64,000 nucleotides of DNA from assembly GCA_951406725.2 (NCBI GenBank), contig OX597836.1, positions 50,406,001 to 50,470,000 of the forward strand, written 5' to 3'. Positions 13,562-27,571 of this stretch are shown one piece after another; positions within the stretch are counted from its first letter, which is position 1, and each line of letters opens with the position of its first letter. The position numbers and the translations under genes were made by a program. The DNA comes from Octopus vulgaris (lineage: Eukaryota). The notes below the pieces were generated by a model. It did no database searches. It was given only the letters and a program-made list of their open reading frames with translations, and was not told the DNA's origin.

Positions 13562-13842
13562 AGATGTTAATTTAATTGGTCATATTTGAATTTCATCAAA
13601 AGAAGAAACAAAGAAATACAGAACAAGAAAAATCTCCAAGTCAACAAGAGAATCGGAACATTGCCAGGATCGACAACCTCTTTGTGTGTCTGGTGCTGGG
13701 TGTTTGCTTCAGAAGTTCCCTTTGCAACCATGTGAAGAATTTTATCAAAAGGTTTGGAGTCCATATGCAACAAGATAGAAATGCCTTGATTGACCTCAAA
13801 TTTGATTTGGTCTCCTTGTGAAAGCATTATATAGAAACCCCT

Positions 13843-13978
13843 TTCTGTGACTCTACATGCTTAAACCCTTTGCTCCCTAGGGGTCACTGGCCATTGATGG
13901 CTTTTCTCCATTCTGTGACTCTACATGCTTAAACCCTTTGCTTCCTAGGGGTCACTGGCCATTGATGGCTTTTCTCCA
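13843..13978. repeat. 68-bp tandem duplication
   Basis: ttctgtgactctacatgcttaaaccctttg...gatggcttttctcca starts at 13843 and again at 13911, with one mismatch. Confidence 0.9.
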
Positions 13979-14464
13979 CTCCTCTTGACCCTAGACCACC
14001 TTTCCTGTTTCTCTCTCTGGTTGGACCCCTGCTCTTTTCAGCTCTGCCTCAATTTCCTGCTTTCCCCACAAAAAAGACTTTTCTCTCCCAGATCTTGTTG
14101 GTTTGGAATTGTCATTGATGTTTGACTTCTTTTCTAGGCAGAGGTGTTGACCCTGTGCTAATCTATTTTTACCCTTAGGGAGGGCTGATCCATACTAGAC
14201 TGACCTCTGACCTTTTGATCTGTCCAGGTCAAAGAAGCAGTGAGAAAAATACAAGAGAAAGAGACAGACAGACAGAAAGAGAGAGAATGTGAGAAAAAGA
14301 GAGAGAACATGAGAAAGAGAGCAAAAAGCAGTTTAAGAAAGACAGAGAGAAGAAAAGAAGAGAGAGAGAGAGAGGAAGAGGAAGAAAGAGAGGGCAGGAG
14401 GGGGGAGAAAGCAAGAGAGAGAGAGGGAGAGAGAAAGAGAGAAAGAAGGCAATGTAGAACTTAC

Positions 14465-14573
14465 TGGATGCTTCATTGAAATAGACGTAAGACCGTTCCA
14501 GTTGTTTGGAAGATTTTCCTTGGTAGATTCCAGAGGCATCGATTCCATGTTCCACCGATATCACTTCCCAGAA
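14465..14573 (-). CDS. TUBB: Beta-tubulin coding exon 2 ([36 protein letters not shown])
   Basis: Acceptor gtttcag|TTC TGG and donor TCC A|gtaagt. 109 nt (36 codons + 1), in phase with exon 3. Confidence 0.93.
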
Positions 14574-16933
14574 CTGAAACAAAAGACAAAAACCGTCAAA
14601 GACATTACAAACGCTGTAACACTCGTAACACCACTACACACCACAACCTCCACTGCAAATACTTTTACTACTACTACTACTACTACTACTATTAAGTTAG
14701 CATCACTGTATCATGACCAGCATTGTACCACCTCAACACCACTACCAATACCATACCATTGACACCCCAACCCCTGCCTTATGCTACTACCACTCCTACC
14801 ACCAATATACAATTATAACTACTATACCACTGCTACCATCATGATACCACCACCACCGACACCACTGTGCCACTAAAAGACAATTGCCCAAGGTGCCAAG
14901 CAGTAGGACTGAACCTGAAACTGTATGGACGGGAAACAAGCTTCTTAACCACACAGCCATACCTGCTCCTAAAATGATGGGTTTGTCACAAATGGAGAGT
15001 ACTTTACATGATAAGTCTGTTCAATATAGACTGACCTGGGGCTAAACAACATCATCATTATCAACACAAATCAGTGAAAGAGCCTCTATGTTGTCTCTTG
15101 ATCTGCTGAAATAATAGTCAATCCTTCCTCAAATCATATTTCATTGTATTTTTAAAAGCAAAAGCAAAAAAATTAAGAAGATAAAAATAAATAATGCGCT
15201 CTATCCCTATATATTGTCTGAAAAAGGGGTGAAAGCTCCCTTGATCATGGGGCTGCACAATCTGATCCTAAATGGGATTGAACCACAACACCACCTCCAC
15301 TACTATAACCTTTAACCCACACCTCCACCAACATCCTCCTTTCAATACCATTACAACTACCACTAACAACCACAAGAATGTCATGTGATCTGCTAAAAAT
15401 AGTAGCCAAATCTCCCCCCTATTGCTTCATACCATGACTAGCATCATTTTCAATTCACTGTCCACTTTTCTTTGCTTGCATGGGTCAGCTGCAATTTATT
15501 GAGGCACCTTTTTGTTTGGCTGGATACCTTCCCTGTTGCCAACCTTCACATGTTTCTAAACTAGGCACATTTCCCCCACGGCCAAACATATTTTTGCAGA
15601 ATAAATGACACTGCTTGTATGACATTGGCACTCATTTACAATGATCATGGAACGCCAATACAAGGAGACAATGACATACATACATACATACATACATGCA
15701 TGCATACATACATACGTACATACATACATACATACATACGTACATAAACACACATACATATACATACATACATACATACGTACATACTTACATATGTACA
15801 TAGATGCATACATACATACATACATACGTACACACATACACACATACATACATACATACACACACACATATATATAGATACGTATTTCTTTACTACCCAC
15901 AGAGAGGACAGACAAACAGATTAAGTCGATTATATCGACCCCAGTGCGTAACTGGTATTTATTTAACCGACCCCAAAAGGACGAAAGGCAAAGTCAACCT
16001 CGGCCGAATTTGAACTCAGAACGTAGCGGCAGACGAAATACTGCTAAGCATTTCGCCCAGCGTGTTAATGATTCTGCCAGCTTGCCGTGCATACACACAA
16101 TTTGCTTCTTTCAGTTTCCATCAACTAAATTCACTCCGAACACTTTGGTCGACCCAGAAGACACTTGCACAAGGTGCCACAAAGTGGGACTGAAACCAGA
16201 ACCATGAGATTGGGAAACAAACTTCTTAACCACACAGCCATACCCGCACCCACAATATTTCCGTTCTTTTTCAAAAAAGAAATTTGGGGATGAAGTGACC
16301 TTGGGGTCCCTGGAAATAAGGAAAAAAAAAACTGGCCTGTTAAAGCTGACCTGGGGCTAAACAAAGATAACAACAAGGTTGCTGGACTTGTTTGAAATAG
16401 CAGTCAAACCACCCTCAAATTAGACCATACCACCTTAAAAAAAGGACATTCTAGGTGCATTGTGTACTGTGTTTGGAAAAGAGGCAGGATGGCCATGCCT
16501 GGAATGCATTTTGATCATAGGTCTGCTACATAACTGACCTGTGGCTAAACAGTAGCAGCAACAACAATGATAACAAAGAGCCTGCTCGTGGAATTAGCAT
16601 GCAAGTGGCTGAGTACTGCAGGTCTCAAGGAGATTCAGCCTGACACAGAATGTGACGGGGCTGGCCCTTTAAAATACAGGTACGACTCATTTTTGCCAGT
16701 TGAGTGGACTGCAGCAACATGAAATAAAGTGTCTTGCCCAAGGACACAATGTGTTGCTGGGAATTGAACTCACGACCTTACGAGTGTGAACTGAATAGCC
16801 CTGACCACTAAATCACACACCTTCACAATTACAATAAGAGAGGACAAAGGTCAAGATGGAAGAATTGACACAACTAGACAGATGTGACTCATACAGCTGA
16901 TACTTGCAGGGGTAGGAAGAGGAGGAGGAGGAT

Positions 16934-17037
16934 GTGGTGGTGGTGGTGGCGGCGGTAGCGCTGGTGGTGGTGGTGGTGGTGGTGGTGGCGGCGGCGGCGG
17001 TGGCAGCGGTGGCGGCGGTGGCGGCGGTGGTGGTGGT

Positions 17038-17072
<35 letters not shown>

Positions 17073-17124
17073 AGGTGGTGGTGGCGGTGGAGGTGGTGGT
17101 GTCGGCGGCGGCGGTGGAGGTGGT

Positions 17125-17177
<53 letters not shown>

Positions 17178-17283
17178 AGGTGGTGGTGGTGGTGTCGGCG
17201 GCGGCGGTGGAGGTGGTGGTGGTGGTGGTGGCGGCGGCGGCGGCGGTGGAGGTGGTGGCGGTGGTTGTGGTGGTGGCGGTGGT
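16934..17283. repeat. (GGT/GGC)n compound G-rich microsatellite
   Basis: Read directly from the sequence. Confidence 0.97.
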
Positions 17284-17776
17284 TATATCACATCTGCTGG
17301 TATTATTTCTGTAAAATAATTATATTACTCCCTCATTTACTGACTTTCTCTCCCCACTCCCTTCTGTCCCCTTATCCAGCTTGAGGGGTTACACTCTGAC
17401 TTGGTCATCATCACCATCTTCCCTCTTTTCTCTCCTTCCCAACTGAAGTAGCCATGGGGGGGGGGGGGGGATTCCACAGTGCGGCACCTGTTCCTGTCCC
17501 TCACTCATACTTTAACCTTTCATCACCTGGCAGCATAAAACAGACACCCCCCACCACTCAAAACTACACCCCACCCACTCAGTCGAGGGGTGAGGGTCTT
17601 GCCTGGCAAGTTATTCAGTGACCCTGTTGGTACCGCATAAAAAGCCCCCCCGCCCATTCAGTCTGGGGCAGTGTTAAGAAGGGCATCCAGCCATAGAAAC
17701 CATGCCAGAGCAATGCTCTGGTCCATCAGATCCCGTTGAACCATCCAAGCCATGCTTGCAAGTAGAAATGGACATG

Positions 17777-17777
<1 letters not shown>

Positions 17778-17807
<30 letters not shown>

Positions 17808-17808
17808 A

Positions 17809-17855
<47 letters not shown>

Positions 17856-17856
17856 A

Positions 17857-17900
<44 letters not shown>

Positions 17901-17914
17901 AATAATGATGATGA

Positions 17915-17945
<31 letters not shown>

Positions 17946-17946
17946 A

Positions 17947-17993
<47 letters not shown>

Positions 17994-17994
17994 A

Positions 17995-18044
<50 letters not shown>

Positions 18045-18045
18045 A

Positions 18046-18089
<44 letters not shown>

Positions 18090-18090
18090 A

Positions 18091-18125
<35 letters not shown>
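17778..18125. repeat. Higher-order microsatellite: (GAT)n runs alternating with (GGT)4 AAT
   Basis: Repeating blocks of GAT runs separated by a nearly invariant GGTGGTGGTGGTAAT spacer; forms the tail of the adjacent retroposon. Confidence 0.93.
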
Positions 18126-18126
<1 letters not shown>

Positions 18127-18397
18127 CCTGCCATTTTCAATGCCGTTGTTTGTTACTATTCTTGTTGTCATTGTTGTTGGTGTGAAAGTAACAGTTGATT
18201 TTTTTGTACCTGCAAAAAGACCCCCACCACACACACATACACACACACACACACACACATGCACCCCACAATCTGCTCTACAGTATTGTTGCCTGTCCAT
18301 GGACAGCTACCAAACTACATTTAATGATATGTCACAAACTAATTATTGGTGTCTCTTCAACATTCCATAAACCCCATTCAAACCTCCTCCCATTCAA

Positions 18398-18445
<48 letters not shown>

Positions 18446-18865
18446 TAATTATACATACATATATTACAGCGCTTTGTCAGTTTCACTAATGAATGTTTGA
18501 CAGTATTTCACATGTTTACTCATCTGGGCAACTGATTTGTCAAATGGAGAGAAATAATATTGTACAGGCATGTCTACCCTTAAAGGAATTCTCTCTCTCT
18601 CTCTCTCTCTCTCAATCAGTATGACACATTACATATCGATGTGTATGCATACATACATGGTCAATTCAAAAAACAGGGAAGAAAAGAAAAAGAGAAAAAC
18701 AAATGTGAGGACGTAGCAATGTATTAATATGATGCTTGGAGAAAGAAGAGAGTTGTTGTTTTATGTTTTGAGCATAGCTCTTCTTCGGAAACAGGAAAAA
18801 CAAGAAAGTCCAAAGTGAGAGAAGGAAGAAGGAGGAAAAATTGCCAACAGCCCACATGCAGTTAA

Positions 18866-18899
<34 letters not shown>

Positions 18900-19032
18900 T
18901 ATTGATAAATATATATATATGTTTATATATATATATATATATATATATGTTTATAAATATATATATAATATATGTTTATATTTGTATGTATGTTTATTCA
19001 CATATGTATGACAGACAATGTAGTGTCACTTA

Positions 19033-19149
19033 TGTAACTAACACAAAATATGAAACAGCTGTTAACAAATGGAATTATCATCATCATCATCATCATCATC
19101 GTTATGATTCCATTTGTTAACAGCTGTTTCATAATCTACATTAGTTACA
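19033..19149. repeat. Hairpin with a perfect 27-bp stem around a (CAT)n loop in tubulin intron 1
   Basis: tatgaaacagctgttaacaaatggaat (19049-19075) pairs with attccatttgttaacagctgtttcata (19107-19133); outer 9-bp stem tgtaactaa/ttagttaca. Confidence 0.9.
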
Positions 19150-19203
19150 AAATCTATTCTCAATATATCTCTTCTCTTTTATTTGATCAATACACACACA
19201 CAT

Positions 19204-19257
<54 letters not shown>

Positions 19258-21435
19258 TCATTTAGTGCTGACTGCTGGAAGAAAGACTATTTGATACCGT
19301 AGCAGAGATTAATAATATTTTATTTTTACCGTCTCTGTGTACACAGTGTCTGCAGGTAAGATACAACTGGAAACCTGATGTGCAACTCCAGAGGAAACTC
19401 AGTCCAGCAAGCAAGAGACTGATTCAAAAATAAAAATATCATCTGACATGAATTGGATGGTTTGACAAGAACTGGCAAGCGAGGAGGTTGTTGTGGCAAG
19501 ATTGCTATGGCTAGATGCCTTTCCTAAAGCCAATCACTTTACAGAGTGTACTGGGTGCTTTTTATGTGGCACCAGCACCAGTGGGGTGACCAAGTGACTT
19601 GCAAGACAAGGCAAAGTCCCCTTGACTGGGAGGGGGAGTAGTATCGAGAGAGGTGGCTTTGTGCCAGTAAATGAGGGGTTAAAAGAATAATAGAGCGATA
19701 GAGATAGTGGCTGTAGAACAGGTACAAGGATATCCCAGTTAGAGGAGAAGGGAGAGAAAGATAGAGATGGATGTGAGTCAGGACATACCCCTTGAGGTAC
19801 AGTGGGTGGGATGAGTATAGGTGAAATGAGACAGGGGACTGGACTGGGTGGGTAGGAGTGACGAAATCTCTTAAGAATGTGAAGGGAGATGGTTAGATGG
19901 GTTAAAAGTAATAACTGATGGTGGGAGATATAGGAGTGGTGCAGGAGGAGGGGTTGTGTTAGATATGTGAGGGCATTGGGAGTGATAACAGATGAAAGAG
20001 TTGTTAAGAATGGGAGACAGCCTGGCTGGGGAAGATAATAAGGAATGGAAGTGGTTCTGGGGTGGAAGAGAAGAGCAGAAGGTAACAAAAAGGGAGGAGA
20101 TGTGGTGTTTGTCTATTCTGCTCTCAAGTGATTATGGTAGCCTAATAACACCAGGGATAGATTGATGGGACAGTGAGAATGGCAATGGCGTAGAGCTCTG
20201 CACATACAAGCATTTACCAAAATGGTTTTAGGATATCGATTCTGTTGTGGTGGTCAGGTCTTCTCAAGCACAGCAAGGTGCCAGATCACTCAATCCTTTG
20301 TCATCTTCTCCATAAAGCTCAGTGTTTTGAGATCAGTCTTCACTACTTCATCCCATGTCTCCCTGGGTCTGCTTCTTCCACAAATTCCTTCCACTTTAAT
20401 CCTTCAGCATTCAGATCGTTCAGTCAAATGTAATGTTTTGTTATTCACATTGTTTTGAATGGTTCATTATTTTGTTGCTTCAAGAATTCAATGATGTGAT
20501 TGCTTATTTTTAGAATGACATTGTAGGATAGGCACAAAAGGCAGGATCTGTCCAGTCTGAACTTTAAACATGTTGAGTATCTCGGCCTGATGCAACTGGT
20601 TTTAATACCAACAAGTTCAGTGACTGGCACTTCTTTAAGCAACCGTCTTCATCCATACACATCACATGATTGATGCAGCACAGTCGTCTCTAATTCCTCT
20701 CGTGCCCAATTTCCCTCTCAACACACAAGCCATCACCATTTAATGCTTGTCTCTCATGCTGGCAATGGTTGGATGATTCAGCAGAATCCATCAAGCGGGA
20801 CAGCTGCATCATGCTCCAATGTCTGCTGCTTTGACGTGGTCCCTCTTGTTGGATGCCCTTCTTAAGACCAGCCATGCTACGATATGGCCTGAGTGATTGT
20901 TTCTTTTTTGTGTGAGGTCAGTATTATTGAAGTTGCTCTGTAGCTTGCAAGAGGAAGGACTTGCAAGACAAAGGCCCTAAAGGGAACAGAAAAGATGAGG
21001 GTGTGATGGATGTAAGGTAAGATGAGAGCAACGGACTTATAGTTGTGAAAGGGTGACAGAGGAGAGAGTAAGGGAGAGGACACTGTTGGGGGAGGAGAGA
21101 GAATGAAAGGGGACAGGAGAAAGGGAAAAGGATTAGTATCAGAGATTAGTGAGAAAAAGAAAGACAATGGAAATAGTAGGGGAGGGGGTGATAATTGAGG
21201 GGCTGTCCTATCTTCTAAGGCCAAGTGGATGGCTGGAAGGCAAGGGGACAAGAAAGGGAGAACTAGATGAGGGAAGGGAGCAAGGACTCCAGAGAGAGTC
21301 AATAGAGGGAAGAGAGGTGTAGAGTTGAGGAGGAAGATCAGAAGGGGAGGAGTGAGTGAGAGTGCAGAGGAGGGGTAGTGAGAAAAAATGTGGCAGAAGG
21401 TCAAGGGAGCAGCAAAAGAATAGAGTGAAAGAAAT

Positions 21436-21468
<33 letters not shown>

Positions 21469-21989
21469 GAGGGAGAGATGGGAGGGTGCCATAGAAGGAA
21501 GAGGAAGATTAGAGAAAGAACGCTGGGGAAAACATTCCAGGTGGGGGAGAATGTGGGGAGAGAGGAAAGTAAGAGAAAGAAGAAAGAGGGATGGTAGGAG
21601 AATGCCACAAGAGCCGTAAGAAAGGTTGGGGGGGGGGGGCAGCCTGAGTTGTAAGGGTGGGTAGTGATAGAGAGGTAAGGAACAGAAGAATGAGCAGAAT
21701 GGATAAAGCAGGCAGAAGCAAGGTGTACTGGGTACTTGCAGTTAAGGGTAGCCCAACACAGGTTCTGAAATGAAGGTTTAGATAAGGACAAGGGGGTCAG
21801 AATGAAACTGAAGTGGATGATGGAAGATGAGGTCTGCTCAGGTGAGCAGGGAGGGTAGGTGGGTGGAAGGGGTTTATGAGTAATGGAGAGATGGAAGTCA
21901 AAGGATGGAGGTGGGGAATGAGGAGGCAACGTGAATAAAGTGGTAGGGTAGGATGGTTGGGTGGGTTGGGTGGGGAACAAATTATCTGC

Positions 21990-22560
21990 ATTCAAAATCT
22001 TCATTCTGCTGCCATGCAGTATTGCAGTTCCAACACAAGTATCGTACAATCTGTTCTTTATTTTCAGGGAAAAGACCTTTGTTGACAAGAATGTCAGCAA
22101 AAGCCTGATTTTTTTCCAACACATTCTTTCCTTGGCTATTATATATTCTGAACAACATCCACCTCTGCTAATTATGTTACCTAATTAACAGAAATTATTA
22201 ACAACTTCTAGAAAGCTATGCAACTATTTAAGAGAATCTGTTTTTAATGTGCTCAAAGTATGTACTATTCCAGTACATCTGCCTCATATAAAGTTTACCT
22301 TCTCTGTTTGTCTGTTTATGATTTCACATCTTTTGTGTGTCCAAAGCCGACATTGGGAAGAGCATATGGAATTTATACCAACTCTATTTTGCATGTCAAG
22401 TGAAGACATTTTCCCAATGATTTTGGAATTTTGGCTTCTTTCCAACTTACTAACACCATTGTCTTTGCTAAGTTTATCTTCAGACTCCTTGATTCTCAAA
22501 TTTCCTCTTTAATTCCATTCAGTTATGAGAATTAAATTAATCAGCATATGGAAGTTGCCA
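21990..22560 (-). mobile_element. Decayed LINE (RTE-like) RT C-terminal remnant
   Basis: VGINSICSSQCRLWTHKRC and CWKKIRLLLTFLSTKVFSLKIKNRLYDTCVGTAILHGS fragments. Confidence 0.65.
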
Positions 22561-22603
22561 TAGACAACCAGTCTTAAACTTCTCTTCCCTCTTTCTATTT
22601 ATA

Positions 22604-22654
<51 letters not shown>

Positions 22655-23490
22655 CTTCTTTCTCCATTTAACCACACTATGATCCAGATAGTGCCACCAC
22701 TTCTGATCATTCCATTTCACTTACCAACTTTCATTCTACCCGAGATGGAGATTAACCGTGTAAGCAGGCATGTTTATTGGTATTGTATATTTTCTTCTCT
22801 TTCTTCTACACTCAATTTTGTTTACACTATTCGTTAAAGGCCATCACTTCAAATGTCAGATTCTCTTCTCTTGTTTTGCCTTCATTGTGTACTTCTTTGT
22901 TTGTTGTTTAATTGCTTTATATTTCTACACTTTTTAGGCGAATACTTTTGCCTGTCTGACTCCATGTTGTATTTTTTGATGCTTGTTTGTTTCCTCTTTA
23001 CCATAAATTTTACTTGGGATTTACCTTGTTTATATTCTTATGCCTCCCACACAGAAATACTCACCACTACTTCATGGCCTGATCATAACTATATATATAT
23101 GTGTGTGTGTGCTTGTGTGCGTGTGTTTGCATGTGTCTGTGCATTTCTGTGCACATGTCTTCTAGTCATGACATCCATTTATATTGTAGACAAGTGTCAC
23201 CATCGTATATGTGGTGTTATCCATTTCCATGGAACCATAACCAGTCATGGCTGTGTATTATGTTACCTGGTAACAAGTGAGGATTGGTTATGGGAAGGGC
23301 ATCGTACCATACAAAAACGTGCCTCATCAAATTCTATCTGACCCTTGCAAACATGGGAAAGTAAACAGTACAAATGAGGCAATGCTACAAAACACACACA
23401 AAACTGATCTACCATTTACCAAACTGTCCGTATGGAATCAATCTCATGCTGTGAATTGAATTTCAAGGAAGTATCTGACATGCTACTCAC

Positions 23491-23547
23491 CTTTGACCCA
23501 ATCTGGTTGCCACATTGGCCAGCCTGGATATGTACAATCTCCCTCAT
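23491..23547 (-). CDS. TUBB: Beta-tubulin coding exon 1 (MREIVHIQAGQCGNQIGSK)
   Basis: Reverse complement reads ATG AGG GAG ATT GTA CAT ATC CAG GCT GGC CAA TGT GGC AAC CAG ATT GGG TCA AAG|gtgagt. It is 57 nt with the phase-0 intron after codon 19 typical of animal beta-tubulins. Absent from the ORF track; found by reading. Confidence 0.95.
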
Positions 23548-24327
23548 GTTAAACTGTAAGTAGTTTTTTTGTCAAGCACCAAAATCTATAAAATAAAAAT
23601 TATGTATACATCAATCGGAGTGTATAAAATGTGTATATATGTATGTATATTAAAGAAGTTTGCCTTCAAATCACTTGGTTTCAAGTTCAGTTTCACTCTA
23701 TGGCATCCATGGAAAGAGTCTTTCTACCATAGTGCTAAGTCAGCCAAAGTCTTGTGAATGGATTTGGTAGATGGAAACTGAAAGAAGCCCATCATACACA
23801 CACACACATGCACATGCAAACATATGCCCACGCACGCACTCTTCCCTCACACATCTTCTTCAACAACTTTTCTCCCCTTCTCCAACTGGGATCTCTCCAT
23901 GTTTGTTCTCTACTGCAAGACACCTGTTTCTATCCTTCTGTCGTATTCTAACCTCTCATCGTTCAGCACAAAACCACTTCTCACAACACTCGTCTCCACT
24001 TGGTTGAGGGGGTCTTGTTTTACAGGTCACTTGGTGACCTCACTGGTGCTGGTGTCCCATAAAAAGCACCCAGTCCACACTCTGTGAATTGGTTGGCATT
24101 AGGAAAGGTATACAGTTGTAGAAACTACACCAAAACAGATGGTAGAACTTGGCACAATTTTATGACTTGCCAGTTCCTCTCAAACCATCCAACCCATGCC
24201 AGCATGCGAAACAGACATTTAAAGATGATGATTATATGTGTGTGTGTGTGTGTGTGTGTTAAATAAAATAAGATAACAAAGCCAAGGCAATTTGATATTC
24301 CTAGGACATTTATAAATAGAAAGGTGG

Positions 24328-24373
24328 TCTTACAGCTGTTTCAGGGATATAAATGATATTCCACCATCAGAGA
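24328..24373 (-). ncRNA. Degenerate minimal hammerhead from an older PLE relic
   Basis: Minus strand tct-CTGATGG-...-GAAACAGCTGTA-aga. Palindromic stem III, A9 changed to G, probably inactive. Confidence 0.45.
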
Positions 24374-24661
24374 TGCATTGAAAGAGCTTTAATAGAAGGA
24401 ATTAGTAGAGTTCATTGTTTTTAGAAGTTATTCTGGTGAGGGAGAGATACATGAGAGATATGAATATAAAAATGTGTTGGATGTTGAAGTTGCTGTTCTG
24501 TTATCCAAGAAATGTGTTGTGTAGAATGGGTAGAAATAACAACATATGAATTCTTATTAAACTTTACACACCATGGACAAGAAGACTCTTTATCCATTCT
24601 ACACAACACATAGCACTTACATAGCCTTAGCGGCCTTTTGGGCTTTCTGGATAGCAAAACA

Positions 24662-24699
<38 letters not shown>

Positions 24700-24984
24700 A
24701 TACAATATGTTACATTACTCGGTAGTCAAGATAAAACTCTGAGTTTCAGATGCCGAAGTGGAAATCCACAACACCATCTCTTCGGTTATCTGGCTATTTG
24801 AAAACGTTATGAAAAAATACCGTTAAAAATGAAGGGAAATTACTCTGTTATAACTCTGCTTTGCCTGCGTACTTATACATCGCTCGCATTTTTCGTCATA
24901 AAAATTATATAAAAATACATAAAAAATATAAAAATATATAAAAATATATAAAATCTTCTTGGGACATAACACAGAAAGCATGTT

Positions 24985-27110
24985 CTATCCGTTTTCTTTA
25001 GGGGACCAAAAACGTAACAGAAATTTAGTCACATGTGGGCATGATCCGAAAAGTTCTGTCCTTGTATTTAGACATGTGGTAGGGTCTAAGCTGCTTTTCC
25101 AGATAAGCCATCTCTCCATGTCGCATAAACCGCACCTTCCGCTGCCGTTAGTATAGGGCTTACATCTGGCCAAAATCTTCCATTGTATGTTATAATCGAC
25201 ACCTTTATCTCTTAAAGACCAAATATGATTGGATAATTGTGTCGCTTTTCTTTTGTTCCAGTGCCTAAAGCTCAAAGTGTGGTTATTGAACCTGGCCTTG
25301 AAATTACCCTCTGTCAGGCCCACGTATTTCTTCGTCAAAACGGTGTCTTTAGTGGTTATAGAGTTTACGGTAGCCTCATATATGATGGTCTTGGACATGC
25401 AAGCTCCATTTAGCGGGCACAATTCTTTATTCCTGCATGAACAGCTGTTTTCTTCTTGTGTTTTTTGTATGTTATGATTGATTATGTTTTTAAAATTGGT
25501 AGTTGAACTAAAACTAATTTTTAAATTGTGTCTATTGAAGAGTTTCCTATAAGCATGGTTAACTGGAAAATGTCTATCTATCAGTGCTAGGAAATATTTA
25601 CCTATATTGAAGGCCACCTCGGGTGAGTAAGGGGGCGTAAACCAGATGACCTTCCTATTTCTATTATTTCTTTTCTTTATTGTTGGGCTGGTGATAGGTG
25701 TATATTTTATTTTTTCGCTAAAACCACTATCTTTTAAAGCTTTATTATAAACTGGGGCAACGCTATTGAAGATGTCCTCATTAGATGAGAGGCTAGAAAT
25801 CCTCTTACTAATATTTTTAACTAAATTTTTGAATACTATAGGGGGATGGCATGAACCTACATTAATATAACTTAGTCTATCATTGGGCTTCCTATAAGGC
25901 TTATAAATATTATTATTAAGATCTAAGGAAACGTCTAAGAAATTGACAACCGTCAGGTTAGTGTCTATAGTTATACTAAGTCCGAAGTGTTTCATTAACT
26001 GGATAATATCCTTCCTAAAACGATCTTGTGCTGGTCCATTTGTATTAGCTGTTAAGGCGAGGGCATCATCTTTGTAGATGGCGAAATGTACGTTAGGGAA
26101 TGTCTTACTGAAGGTATCTAGGAGAAAGAGTCCAATTAGATCACAGATGCCTGCCCCATCATATGAACCCATGCTCACATCGAAAGCGCCCTCCGTGTCG
26201 GTGTTTTTTACCCACTTTGCATTCTCACTGAAAAGTAATGTCTTTCTAGCATGGAAGATTATATCCTTATCATTGGTACTAATTTCTATGAAGTCACTAG
26301 CGAAGATTAGGGCTTTATCTAGCAGTTCTTTAGAGATAGAGGCATAAAAATCAACAATATCGAATTGTGTAAACCTCGCTTTTTTCTTATTCTTAATAGC
26401 TTTAAACCAGTCTACGACTTCTATACTATTGGACCATTGCACTAGCCTAGTATCGGTCTTAATATTCGTATTTATTTTATCTAAAATTTCTTTGCTAATA
26501 ATCCCTAGTTCTGACTTGGCTGGGTTGATAAGCCTACATTTAGGATTGGAAAGGAAGTTTTCTTTGTGGTCTTTAATAGTAATAAAGGCCTCTTTTTGGG
26601 GAGGGTTTCTATTTTTTTATCTAATTTAAGTTTAGCGGCGATGACGCTAGCTTCTTTATTAATTTCGTTATATGTCTGTGCCCTAGCCTTAGTATAATTA
26701 TTAATGATGCTGTTGTGTAAGAGTTGTGTGTATTTGCTGTTATCTACCAGGTATAAGTTCTTGGTTTTATCCGAAAAAAGTGCTTTTTTCTTGGAGCTTT
26801 TTATATGATCAATATCTTTCTTCAATTTATGTTGGAAATTGTTAAAAGACTTACGAAACTTTATTTTGCTCATGATCTTCAGCAGGTCCGCTTCGAAATC
26901 TTCCAAGCCTTTAATCCTAGGAGGGAATTTTTTGGATTTTATCCGATAGCAAATGTTTTCCTTGGTGTTCGCTTCTGTGTCAAAAAAGAAAGCCTTCCAT
27001 CTCATACGCTTAATTACATCAGTAATTTTTTGCAGAAGTTTCTTAGAGTAAAAATCCTTTGATGGGATCGGTATATTTTTCATAGAATAATCTATGTGAT
27101 ATGCGTCCAT
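24985..27110 (-). pseudogene. Second full-length PLE ORF with a single 1-bp frameshift
   Basis: Matches 28486-30612 except that a C5 run is C4 near 26598-26601, splitting it into the 201-aa and 485-aa ORFs. Could be a homopolymer sequencing error. Confidence 0.85.
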
Positions 27111-27571
27111 ATTAGATTCTTTTGTTTGTGAGAGTCCTCAACCGATGTTAGGCGATAATCCCAAAAAGGTCGTATTAGCTCTTAGTTGAGAATAACGTCG
27201 TCCGGGAGGTGATTTATTGATAAAACGGTAAGATAACAAAAGAAAGAAAGAGACCTCAATATTATGTAAATAGAGGAAATTTATCTATACAATATGTTAC
27301 ATTACTCGGTAGTCAAGATAAAACTCTGAGTTTCAGATGCCGAAGTGGAAATCCACAACACCATCTCTTCGGTTATCTGGCTATTTGAAAACGTTATGAA
27401 AAAATACCGTTAAAAATGAAGGGAAATTACTCTGTTATAACTCTGCTTTGCCTGCGTACTTATACATCGCTCGCATTTTTCGTCATAAAAATTATATAAA
27501 AATACATAAAAAATATAAAAATATATAAAAATATATAAAATCTTCTTGGGACATAACACAGAAAGCATGTT

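Noticed and set aside
16934-18300. Poly-Ala/Val, poly-His and poly-Met/Ile ORFs
   Set aside because: Trinucleotide microsatellites inside tubulin intron 1.
20877-22124. 415-aa minus-strand ORF
   Set aside because: A short LINE fragment running into pyrimidine-rich low-complexity sequence that lacks stops by composition.
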